NCBI GenBank assembly: GCA_001642005.1
Contig: LWCA01000067.1
Span: 1-63,296, forward strand
DNA from: Intoshia linei
Taxonomy: Eukaryota > Animalia > Orthonectida
Reading direction: 5' to 3'
Length of the DNA stretch: 63,296 bases
A program made the translations under genes and the position numbers. The notes under the pieces are model-generated. The model was not told the DNA's origin, ran no database searches, and saw only the letters and a program-made list of their open reading frames with translations. Below are positions 12,601 to 25,400 of this stretch, piece by piece (the first letter of the stretch is position 1; each line of letters opens with the position of its first letter).

Positions 12601-15600
12601 GACATTACAACAGACATTGTCACTATGGCTTGTTGTTTAATCATGGAATTGCTATCACTAAACGTATTTAAAAACCGAGGAAAAGAGAGTAAAACATATG
12701 GTTCAAAAACTCGTCCAAAAGTGTTTGTACAATGCTGAGTAATCAGTAAAGCAGCATGTTTCTGTTTAATCGACCCTGACATGATTTTCGGTAATTTAAT
12801 AGCAAACCCAAATTCATCAAAAACCTTAATACCCAATGTACTAGCAATTCTAGAAAAAGCGATGGCCATACCAACTCTATGATTCGGAGATTCCAGGTTG
12901 ATGGTTTTATTGAAAATCTTTTTAACATTTCCCATACCAATACTCCGAGATCTCGAAACAATAAGAGACATACTATCGGCAATAGTTTTCTGGAATTGAC
13001 AGGAATGGGTATCTAATGCAGAATAAAGTCTATCAAACGAAATTAATAATCTTTCATCAGAAGGGTCTAAATACTTGGCACATGAACCGAAAATGACAGA
13101 CAACAGTTGCTGACTTATAATATTCAAAGAACCTTTCAATTTTGACCATTTTTCGTCCAAAATTTTAACAATCTTATGAATGCTTTGCTCCGTACAAACT
13201 TGTAAATTCAACAAATTTAAACAAGAACTCAAAATATCGTTCAACAAGACTTCATCTCCTCGATTCTGATGTGAATAAAAATCTATACTATAATCAATAA
13301 TGAAATTGAAATATTGAAAAATTTCAGATTCCTTAACAATAGTTTTAACCACGTTTCGATAAACACTAATAATTCTACGTCTATTTTGGTAGTTGATGCG
13401 AAATTTGATTGAATCTTTAGTGTCACTATATTTTTCAACTTTATCACCTTTTTTGTCTTTTTTAATTTTAGTCAAAAAGTTTTTAAGTTTGATGAAAACA
13501 GCTTCAAAAGTAATCTCGTCACAATACTCGCGTAAATCTTCCATTAAAGTAAGAATGGAAATTCCAATAGTTTCGTTGATCCATTGAATGTCTTTATCGG
13601 AAATTATATCGTAAGGGTAAATTAAATTCTTAAACCAGTCAACATGGCAAATGTTGTCGAAAGAAAAATTTGGAAACTTTTCATGATAAAGCACATTCTC
13701 GAAAGACAAATATACAGATTTTTCGTTTATATTTGGAGGAGGTAAAGAAATGAATTTAATCAATTGATTCATAAGTTTAATATCTGAATTAAACTCGAAT
13801 GTAATCCAAAGGGCTTTAGAAATATTGGAAACATCATCATAACTATCGCACATCAAAATCCATAAAGTCAGTTTCAAAGAATTACGAACATCGAATCCAA
13901 CAAAATGTGGGTTTAATGTAAAATCATTATACATTTCTTTAACTTTATCAGAATCCTCTGAATATTTAGGAAAATTTTGACATTGAAAACAAGAAGGTAT
14001 TAAATATTCCTTGGGAGTCGCCATTAAACCATCTAAACAAGCAATTCTAAGGTTGAGAGACTTATTGAGTGCATTTGTCAATAAATGCAACAACAAATCC
14101 CTAACACTATACACGTCGACGGGAAAATCTCGAAAAGAAATTTGATTCTGTTGATTCAATTCCTTGAAATTAAATTTAAAAAAATTTTCAACAATTAATG
14201 ATAATAACCGTTTCGATTCATTAATGAAATACTTTTCATTTTTCAAAATATTTATACACATTAAAATACCTGTGAAAGTTGGATATACATAATTTGGATT
14301 TAAATTTAAATGCCGCAACAAAAAATGTAAAATTGATTCAATTGAAGAAAGAAACGTGTCATTATTCCCATGTATATTTTTATTTGTAAAAATTACGTGT
14401 TTTGAAATTAACCAACTACAAACCTTATAAAACATTGCCATTAACCCGGGTACATGAGACGAAATAAATGAACTTTGATCATTTTTATTTAAATTAAATG
14501 CAGCCTCCTTTTCAACATGAATACCAATTTTTTTTTCAAATTCCAATGTAATGTAATTCAAAATACATTTTAAATCTTTGGAATTTTCATTGTTCATGAC
14601 CCAGCTAATTTTACGAAATATTACCAAATAATCTTGATGATCCTTTTTACTAATAATTTCAAATTCATCTTTATAATTCAAACTAGATTCAAACAAAATT
14701 AAAATGCATTGATTGATGAGAAAATATCCAAAAATTCTGATAATTTCGTTATTTTTTAGCATTCTATTAATATACTCCCATGTAATGACAAATAAATTGG
14801 CCTTGACATTTACATATTCCAGAGAATCTTGTTTAAAAATGGCTGAATAATTGTACAGGATATATTTTGAAATTTTAACGGTGGACTTGATTTGATTTAT
14901 AATGTTGACACGAACTAAATTTACCAATTCAACTTTACCGTAGACGGGATCATAAACATGTTCAACTTTTTCAATAAAATTCAAAACTTTTTCTTCTAAA
15001 GAAATCAATTTCGTAATGGGTAAATTAGAATAAGAGGATAGAGTATCATTTTCATTATATTCAAAACCCTGATAAATTTCATTACAAAAATCTTTAACAT
15101 TGAAAACATGAAATCCTTCAACTCTAAAAGAAAACAGAAAAGAATATTCATGCGCATTTCGCCAAGAAAAAGTTAAAAAATTGTGAAATACGGAAGAAAG
15201 ACACAGCGTAAATTTTGGGTCAATTTCCCCATCGTTATCCAATTTATCAAACATTTTCAAAGAAATTACATGTAAAGCCTCAGGTACGTAATCATAAAAC
15301 TTGCACCCAATTTCGCGCAACAAATTAATTTTTAAATTAAACTTTTCATCCGGATACCTCAAAACGTTCAACATGCATTGGACCACAAAATTTAAATTTT
15401 CCAATCTATTATTTGACACTGGCAATAAATTAAACACATTTGATATATGCAATTGAACACGATTGGTCAAATCAGCATTACTCTGCTGAATGGTATTTAA
15501 AAGTAAATTTTGAAAATTAACCACACTTTTAATAGACAAATATATTTCGCAAATTTTTGCATCAATCCAATTTTGAATGTTCAACATTTTAACCAAAATA

Positions 15601-17144
15601 CCGGCTACAACAGACAAATTTGGTTCAGTAAAAATGTGTTGACAATTAACTACTAAATGATGAATCAAAATCAAAATACAATCCGAGAGAATAGGATCAA
15701 CTGAAAATTTAAATTTTGAAAACTTTTCAAGGTTTTTCAAAATTTCTAAAGTGGACACGTCTTTAGATTTTATAGAAATACCCATACATAAAATGACATT
15801 AACCGAGACATTAAAATTGATGCAATTATTAACTATTTGACTATTAAAAGATTCGATTTGTTGCATTGCAAAGGTTTCCAATTCAATGAAACGTATTTTA
15901 GCAATTTGAGAAATTTTAAACAAAAATTTATGAATATAGATTAATTTTTCTGGATTTTTTTTAAAATTGTTTAACGAAAGAATAAAATGTAAATTTTCAG
16001 TAGAAAAATAACCTAAAATTTCCGTCCATTTTTCATCCAATAATGAAACTAAAATGGGCTTCCAAACATCTTTATTTAATTCTCCGAGAGCAAATTCAAT
16101 TAAATCCTGTAATACCAATAGTGCTTGCAATGTGGTTTCTTGATTACATTTCAAAATATACGGCAAAATACTCAAATTTACAGCCATCAGTTTACGTTGT
16201 GCAATTGATAAACTTCGATTTTTAATTAAACCGAAAAGTATATCGTAAAAATCTTTAAAAATTAAACCCGTTTTGATAATATTTGGAGATTTAATCAAAA
16301 AATTTAATCCATACTGAGTAGTAACATTTTCAAAAATAATTTCACCTAAAAACTCTAACAATTCAACATTGTCAACCGAAAAATCTGTACAAGAAAATAA
16401 ATACAAAAAAGATTCAAAGTATTTACTTGGTTCACGACGTATCAATCGTTTGAATGGAATAAACAAATTTTTTGAAACGTGTTCACGTTTATCAATGTTT
16501 AAAATTTTTCTAAATAATTTTGCATTCTTTTTTAGAGACTTTGCATTTTCTAAAATTTTTTCATAAATATTTGAAAATTTGAAATCAATTTCATTTAACT
16601 TTGAGTTTTCAATCATTAAATTTAATTCACAAAATATTACTGCAAAATAGACATTATCCGACAAGTATAATTTCATACAATTTATCAATTTTGATTCCAG
16701 GGTTAAGTGGACAGGTTGAGCAAATTCGGTTTGGGTTACTTTTTTTAAATCTTTAATAAAATTTTTCAAAACCGTTAATGAGTATGTGTATCGTAACATT
16801 AAACTCAGTGTGGCACTTTTTAAAAAAAATGGTACAATATGTTCAAAGTTTTCATGTTTTATCATCAAGTTTATAGATAAATGTAACGTATTTGTAGCAA
16901 ATTTTGCAATTTTAGATTCGTTGTTTTTTGTAATTTTTGAATAAGAGATTTGAGATAAACATATTTCTTTTAAAATTTTTAATGAAATGTCAAAGTCTTG
17001 GATCAAGAGCAATATACATTTCATTGACAGTTTGTTTGGGTAGTTTACAAAATATGGTAAAATCCAATCACTTTTAGAATTTTTATATACATCTAGGTTG
17101 TTTGAATTTTTACTTTTTTTTAGTTTAAGTTCCAATTTCGACAT
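6674..17144 (-). CDS. GCN1: GCN1 (eIF2-alpha kinase GCN2 activator, HEAT-repeat ribosome-collision sensor), about 2814 aa
   Basis: Exons 9559-17144 (7586 nt), 7994-8513, 7218-7421 and 6674-6808 join in frame at GT-AG. The core GRVFEPYV..FSDSN..VMSKMSGYGVSTLLPHL..NWKS..IGSMKNCQPR..LPSLI..IVNPE matches the eEF3-like HEAT region of GCN1. The three 3' exons are assigned by phase compatibility only. Confidence 0.88.
6864..7020 (+). mobile_element. Helitron-like family 5' fragment in the last GCN1 intron
   Basis: Starts TCTTTACTTATATAG; its reverse complement matches 51625-51740. Confidence 0.6.
8844..9480 (-). mobile_element. Diverged, near-complete non-autonomous Helitron-like element
   Basis: On the minus strand the family 5' module (~9480-9120) is joined to the 3' module ending CAGCCAAGCTAG|T at 8844. 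Confidence 0.7.
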
Positions 17145-17349
17145 AACCACGTTTAAAGTGTAGTTTATTTTTTTATGTCAATGTTACTAATGATTATTTA
17201 AGTTGATTAAAATTCAACTGGTTTGACTCAATGTACAGCAGTGCTTCTCAAACTTTTTTGACCATTCACCCCCAATAAAACAGTTACAATGTATTATGAG
17301 TAGGGCAAGCATAAGTCAGAAAAGTTAAAATTTTATACGTTAAATAGTT

Positions 17350-17905
17350 TAACATTTCCAGCATGATGGCACTAATATTGTCAATATTAATTGGCTAATT
17401 AATCTTTTATAAAGTTAATACGGTTGGAAAAGTCAGTGGGCCTACACAAGAATGATTTCGAGATTTTGCCACATTACATGATTTACACTTTTTTATGTAT
17501 TCCTTAATGTAACTATACATGTATGGCCAAAATAATGTCTTTCTTATTTCCCGAAAACACTTAATGATGCCAGGGTGAGAATAGCAAAGAAATTATGGTA
17601 ATGTTTTAATACTTGTATTCTATCAGCACTAGAGAATATGTATAATTTAGATTTTTTTTGCATAAGATAAAGACTACCATTTTCTATCCGCAATAAATTT
17701 CTTAATTTGTAGTATTTACTAGTTTGAGGAATATCATTATCGCCTTTGTTTATTATGTGTTGGATATCATCATCATGAGATTCATTTAATGGATTTGAGA
17801 AATCGTGAAAGGAAATTTGGTTAATTTTTGAATCTCTCGACAAAACATCGGCCATAAAATTTAATCGACCTGGCCTATAAATAATGCTATAATAAAAATT
17901 CATCC
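17350..17905 (-). pseudogene. Ty3/Gypsy pol fragment (RNase H end plus integrase HHCC region)
   Basis: YSIIYRPGRLNFMADVLSR is the typical Gypsy RNase H C-terminal motif. After a frameshift: VLKHYHN...WPYMYSYIKEYIKKCKSCNVAK (integrase zinc-binding region). No LTRs seen. Confidence 0.8.
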
Positions 17906-18706
17906 AATTTAGACATCATGTGAAATTGTTTTTATTATTTATCAATAATAAGATAATTTTTGTTCAAATTTTCTTTTATTGTTTGCATAGATATAATTAT
18001 ACAATGTAACACGTACAATTTTGAAACTTAAACACAGTTAATAATTAAAATGCACTCCAAAAATAATATTTGTTAATTATTCAAATTGAATTTTGACACT
18101 TTAATTATTAAAGTTTAATATTTAAAAAAAGCAATCAAATTTACAAGCCAAAATAGAATTTCATCAATTCAAATTGTTTGATGTGTATTCACGAAATTTG
18201 TGCAGCCCGCATATCAATAAGTTTGCCCACCACTGATCTAAGATAATTATATATTGATAGTTATAGTGATGTGGAGATATCACTACAAAAAGTTTGGTAA
18301 AATTGAATTTTTCAAAAAAATATTGATAAAAAGGCATTTTTTCCTTAAGGGTTGGTAATATTTTGGTTTTTTCACATATTTAACTAAATTGAATAAAATA
18401 TGTTAAAAATTTATCATTCGCTATTCACCCTCTTTTAAAATTTTCAAATCATCTAAAATTTTAATATTCACCATATGAAATAATATATTCGATACTGATC
18501 ATTGGCGATGACCCGTATCGGTTGAACAAGAAAGCACGAGCATGGGAAATTTTACGGCCGTTACAAATTTTAACGTTTTGGTTGAAATAATAATTTTTTT
18601 TATATTAGTTTCATGTTAATTTTAACAATTTACAGTAGTTTTTCCTTTACCAAAATAAAGATTAAAATTGTAATTCATGATAAAAAAAATAAACGATGAG
18701 TTGAAA

Positions 18707-18871
18707 CGGGTTCTCACACTTTTTTCACGGCGAGTCTGTAATTAATTAATTATAAATTTTATCGCAAATCATTGAATCGAAATTACTAGGTAACATTAAA
18801 TAAATTGATAAATTAGTAAAAATTTTTCACAGACCCAGTACTAATCCGCGGACGGCACTTTGGAAACGCTG
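18707..18871. mobile_element. hAT MITE (same family as 3854-4038, opposite orientation)
   Basis: Perfect 8-bp TSD AGTTGAAA on both sides; ends CGGGTTCTCACAC ... TTTGGAAACGCTG. Confidence 0.85.
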
Positions 18872-19171
18872 AGTTGAAATACAATCATGATTTAAAATGA
18901 GTGAAACTAGTTAAAATTGTAGAATTTCTAGCAACTTAAAAAAATAAAAATTAATTATGAAAAAAGTTAATTGAAAATGAATATTTGAATTATATGGGCC
19001 GTTAAATTACTGACAAACATATTCGGACACGGGCATGCATACATGTCTATTTTTGACAGGGAATTGGAAGGATCGGGTCATACCCCAGTTTATCAACGAT
19101 ATAAATAACTAAACGATTTTTACTAGAAATCATAGAAATATAAATCAAACAATTACAGCAGGATATTATAC

Positions 19172-19282
19172 CAGCGTTTCCCAAATGCTGTTCCGAAAAA
19201 TCAATTTATTACGTTTTTTATAAATTTTTGTTAATTTTATAATTTAAATCGGTCCGCCGTGAAAAAAGTGTGGGAACCCTTG
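19172..19282. mobile_element. hAT MITE, internally deleted
   Basis: CAGCGTTTCCCAAA ... GTGTGGGAACCCTTG; imperfect TSD TATTATAC/AATTATTC. Confidence 0.7.
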
Positions 19283-19429
19283 AATTATTCTATAAACGTT
19301 TGATGAAAAAAAAGTTTAGATGTAATTTTAATTGATAATAAAGAATAAATTCAAAATATACAGTGCATAAAAAAAATGAAATATTCACAATGTTTATAAA
19401 TTAATTTTTTGTGTAATTTGATTACATTT

Positions 19430-22400
19430 TCAATACCGAGAAAATCTACCGCGACTTCGACCTCGGCCACGACTACCCCTATTAAAGCCTCTTCCGTTGC
19501 CTCTACTTGCACCTTGACCATTTGCTAAATTGCCGCGTTTAAAATTTGCTCTTCCACGATTCGAACCTAAAATAATAAAATTAAAGCAAAAAAAATATAT
19601 TATAAACCGCAATCACAATGTTTAGGTTTACATACATGTATTTCACATAACTGAGCTGAATTATAAAACTAGTGTTCCATTAATGATTAATGAAATGTTG
19701 GACAATAAACTGTAATAAAAGATTTTTACCTCTACTAGAAAACCCTCTTCCGTTTCTAAATCTGTTAAAGTTTTGGTGAGATTCAAATCGTTTTGTAGGG
19801 TTAGCATTTGGTAAATTTATTAACATAAAGTGGGGCAATTGTGATTGATTACAATGTATGCATATTATTTCCGTAGAAGTAGCCTATAAATGAATTAAAA
19901 TTTTAAAGTTTTTACGGATCATGAAAACCGATACAAAATTAGATATTTTATAACAATATACAATTATGTAATTGGTAATCAAAATTATGGGATTCCTCAC
20001 CCAACTTCAATATGATATTAACATTAATAAATACAAGATTGAATGGCGCAAGAAAAAATTACAGATACTTTAAACTTGATCATTTTGCTTGTATTACATA
20101 CACGACAAATATTGGTTAACGACATTATGGAAACTCCTTTTTTAAAATGTATATAATATGGACAGCTAAATTAAATCATTAATACAAGTATTACTTAAAT
20201 CAACTTGATTACTTGTTGCAATTAATAGCTTTATCATCGCTGGACAAAGTAAGCCGGCCATTTTGACAAAATTGGCACATTGTAATTTGACGATTTGGCA
20301 AAGAAAATGGACACGTTTCAACCTTACAATGCGCACAATCCATATTGTATTTAGTTTCATCATTTGTGGGATTAATAAAACAATTTGGGCAAATTAATTT
20401 AGTAGAATGTTTATTATTTAAGTCAGTCCAAACAACCAAATCTAAAATAATTGACATGATCCACGAAAAAAATAAAATTACCAAATTTATCAACTGGACA
20501 CTGCCTATTAAAAATTTTTAATTTTCCATGTTTAAATAAATTGTATGATTTTTTGCATTCCTTACAATATAAAACAAGACCACTTTTTTCAATTAAAACC
20601 ATGTAACGGTTACAATATCCACACCTAGAAAACGGTCTACCATTATCTATAGCGGTAATTCCCACAATTTTTTTAAAATCATCCTGATAATTTGAAAAAG
20701 AATCTGAAAAATAAATATACTTATCTCTGTAATTTTTAACAAAATGTTGTAAAACGTTTAGAAAAGGAGCTTGGCCTTTTGAAATAAAATCCAATTCCCT
20801 TTCCATAGTAGAACGCATGTGTGCACTAGCTAAATCAATATCTATATTGTCCATTACGGCAATTAAAATAATTCCAAAGTCAGAAGGAATCATTTTTTTG
20901 TTTTTATCAATTGAGACATATTTTCGTTCAATCACAGTTTTAATGTGAGTGGCCATACTGGCATCTGTTCCAATACGCAATTTGTCCATTGTATCAATTA
21001 AATCACTTTCAGATAAATATGATGGAGTAGACGTCAATTTTTCTTCCAGAAAAACTCCAACATTTGTTACAGTATCACCTTTGTTCAGGTTTATACCCTC
21101 AAGCATAAATTGTTCATTTCTTACTGAATTTTTTATGTTTTTACCAGCCAATTCAAACCACCCCATGCTAAGTGGACTATTGCAGGAATAGTTGAAAATT
21201 TCTGTTTTAATTTGGACTGTTAGTGAGATTTTCTCGTAAACGTAAGGCTGACAAACTGTTTTCAAAAAGTGGTTACCAATAAATTCAAAAATTATTTGTT
21301 CTCCTCTACCTAAACTATTGCTATTTGGCATACTCACTGGAATTATAGGCGGATGGTCGCCTAAATATATAATTAGATTAGCTTATAATATCAAAATTAC
21401 CCTTATTCACACCGAAGGTATTATTATAAATGCCAGATTGAATTACATAATCACATGAATTTGCAAAGTTTGGGTACCCTCTCAAATTATCAACCATGGA
21501 AGAATAACTAAAATCACTAGGGTATTTTGTCGATTCCGTACGGGGGTAAGAAATGTATCCAGATAGATACAAATGTTCAGCAAGTTTCATTGTTTCAAAG
21601 GAAGAAATTCCAAAATTACGAGAAACTGTACTAATCAAAGAAACTGTGTTTAAAGGTATAGGAGGTTTAACTTGTTGGTTGGATCGATTGATTGAAAGAA
21701 CTGTACACAAAGGTTCATCCTGGATATAATTTTTTATAGCATCACATAGTTTTTTATCAAACAGACGAGCTCGTCTCCATTTCATTGTCAATATTTGAGG
21801 ACGATTGATATTCACCTAAAATATTGTGTATGTAAAGTAATACATAATTCATAAAACATTACTCATAGGCTACCAGTGGAGTAGTGTCAGGAACGTGGAG
21901 AGGAGGCTAGGTCCATATGACGGGCCTACCATTCTAAATCGATAAGAGATGTTATAATAAAAAAATTTTACTCCAACGGCAACACTTAAAAAATGCTGCT
22001 AGATTAAATAATGGATAGAGATAGAAACAAACCTAGTGTACTCGAGACTTCTCTTCGGGAAGCCTCGATGAAATTTTTACATAATAAGCAGTTAAAAATG
22101 TTTTTGTGTAGCATAACTTTTTTGATTAAAATTTAAACTGTCACGTCTAGACCAGAGGAAAAGTGGCTAGGCATATATGGCATTACTCCTCATTAAAGAC
22201 AAATTTATTACGTCGGTATTTTTAATTTTCGAGGGGATTCGAGTATAGTAGGTTCGAGTTTGGATAGCGGGACCCAAAAAATTAGTTTAATTTGTATAAA
22301 AGGGACATTCATTTTCATTCTCCCCAAGTCAAGTATTGGTACACCACGGCCCTCAATGGTACCGTATAAACCCATTTTAGGAACATTTTTTTTAAAAGTG

Positions 22401-25400
22401 CTCCAAAACTAATTGTAATGATAAAATTCTGATATCTATTAAATTAATTGAACAATGATAGTATTTAATCAGATTAAGAAAGTTGATGAAATACATCAAA
22501 AAAAAGAATGCATTTATTTAAAACATAGATTTTTATACTATTGAAAAATGTATAAATCAAATTGAAAATTTGAGAAAGGCAGGAATATTGAGACAAGACA
22601 ATGAAATCTTACTATATACATAATATCTTATAAAAACTTGTGATGAAAAATTATTTAATCTCTATATATATTAAAATAATCGGTTATCCTAATGTTTTAT
22701 TTTCAAAAACTGTTTTTTTTCTAAAATGGAATTTTAAATACAGTTTCGTAAAAAAAATCTTGAATTATTTAAAATTTATCAGAAAAAAAGAATTATTTCC
22801 GATTGTTGACTGTATTGCTTCATGAAAATTAACATTCATCACTCACAAGTGGTACAATTTCCATTTTCTATTCGATATATTGTTTCTTAACTCGTTGCAT
22901 GCATTACATAGTTTTCGACCAGATATTATTTTATCATAAGGGCTTTTAATGCAAATATTTCTATGTGTCATTATTTAATTTTTATATAAAAAATTTTTAA
23001 TAGGAAATAGTACAAAATACTATGAAATTCACACGATATTTAAAAATTGCCCAAAAAGCGAGGGTTTCAGCTGCCAAGGTTTGCCCTATTCGAAGTCGGA
23101 CTGTATATTAAAACTCAATATTTATCAAGTTTACTTCTTCTAATATAGATTTTCTAAATTTTTAAATGAAATCGGAATACCCAAAAACAAGATATAACAA
23201 CTACCTGTAAAGTCAAGGTATAAAATTTTTCAGATTGAAAAGATTGGATTTTATTATATCTATCGACGCAAAGTCTGAGGGTCGGAGTTTGACAAGGTCC
23301 ATAAGTAACTAAATTGGCTTGCATTCCATCAAAAGTGTCTCTGAAATATGAAGTAATATATCTCGAAAATGAACACCCAATTCGTAAATCGAGTTCTCTT
23401 CTAACATCGACGCATTCTGCTTCAAATTTATTTGGTTCAACAAGGTTTTCCATTGCTTTCCAAATTTCTTTATTACTAATCGAACTGAATCGTGCTCTAT
23501 ATACATTCTAAACATTGACAATTATTGAAAATTTTATAATATACATAGTTTCTCAACTGGTGGTTCGCGGCCGTTAGGGAGTCGCAAATTTTTATAAATT
23601 ATTTGATTGCTTAGTTTTATTTTTTGTGAGGTATTCAATTGAATGAAATTACCAAAGAATTCTTATTTTGTAGTGAATTCCTTACAAATACAAAAACAAT
23701 GGATATTTATAAAAAAATTGATGATTTTTTTATTAAATGAAATTTAAAATGTAACAATATATCCGGCGTTTGTACTAATGGTGTACCAGCTATGCTTAAT
23801 TCAAAATCTCCATTTCATATAAAAATAAAAGAAAAAATTCCTAGTATTAAAGGGGCAAATTCCTCATTAATTTAAAATTTAAAGTAATTTTATATTTTTA
23901 ATCATTGTATATAATTTTTTAAGATTCGAAAGATTTCAAAATTATTAATATGCCCATAACTTTTGACTGAATGAAGATATTTCAAAATATTGTATATCAT
24001 TCGACAAGAAAATACTACACCCGTATTCTTAGCAGTACAGTTTTCCATCTTTCATTCTTAATTGATCACCATTTAATTAATTAAATTCATATTCAAATTT
24101 TTTTTGATAAACAAGTATTTACTCAATAATAAAAAACAATTTATTTAACAATTTTATGTTTCAAAATGTTTTCCTTTTGCTTTGTAGAGTTTTAATCTCT
24201 TTTTGAAACTTAATCCAAGCTTTTGGCAAATATCATTGCTTGTTTCATACCAATACTTTTCTATTAAAGTTTTTAGTACTTGTAAATTATTTGGCTGGGC
24301 ACAAGCTATTTTTGACTTAATAATGTACCAAAGATTTTCAATTGGGTTCATATCCAGTGATTGCGAAGGCCATGACAATAATTCAATGCCATGGTGCTGA
24401 AAGAATTGTTTTGCCAGTTTTAATGTGTGTTTGGGATTGTTGTCTTGCTGAAAAATGTATGTGTCCAGGCCCATTTTTTCTACTGATGCAAATAAGATGC
24501 GAGAGAGAATGTCACAGTAATCAATTGCATTCATCCTTTTATCAATAAAATGGATTTTCCCAATCCCTGTATATGAAAAACAACCCCAAACCATCAATGA
24601 ACCACCTCCAAACTTTTTTGTAAAATTCATATTTTTTTCAAACAAACTTTCATTAGGTTTTTTCCATATTTGAACATTTCCATCAGCATGTATTGAGTTA
24701 AATTTGCATTCATCACTCAAAATAATGGTTTTAATAGTAGATTCTGCCATAAAAACCCATTTCTTGCTTTTAATGAATCTACTATTGATATGTCTAGGTT
24801 CCAATTTTGGACTTGATATGGATTTATATGCATGAATGCCTAAACTATTTCTATATATTCTAACTGAATTATAAGAAACATTGGTATTTAATTTTTCTTC
24901 CACTTTTTTCGACATCTTTCGTGAAGAAATTCTACTATTATTTAAAGTTTCCGTTTCAATATAGTGTAATAATGTCGAATTAGCTTTTATGGGTCTTCCA
25001 GATCTTTTTAAAAGTTCAGTAGCACCAGTTTCTTTAAATTTTTTGACTATATTGCTAACAGTTTTTTGGGATACACCTATTTTTTTAACAATTTCCCAAC
25101 CTGAATAACCCTCTTTGTGGTAACTAATTATCATACCTCGTTTGAAATCACTTGTACTTTTGACCATGCCGGATGAACGGAATTATATTTGAATCAAAAA
25201 TTTAGTAAGTTAGTAAGTTTTTATGTCCAAATTTAAACTTTTTAAAAATAAGTAAATATTTGTTTATCATAAAATATTTCTGGGAATTTAATTAATTAAA
25301 TAGTGATTCATTAAGAATGAAAAAAGGAAAAATATACTGATAAGAATACGGGTGTATTATTTTCTTGTCGAATGATATACAATATTTTAAAATATCTTTA

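Noticed and set aside
10948-16566. Short ORFs overlapping GCN1, and similar ones over TOP3B, the Tc1 transposase and the KIF13 large exon (44083-45867)
   Set aside because: Antisense or off-frame shadows of long real exons, with no motifs.
17239-18235. hAT ends apparently capturing the Gypsy fragment
   Set aside because: The ends match only 12/16 and the flanks are not a TSD; probably two unrelated MITE ends.
22233-22276. GGTTCGA B-box-like motif suggesting a tRNA or SINE
   Set aside because: No cloverleaf or A-box spacing is supportable.
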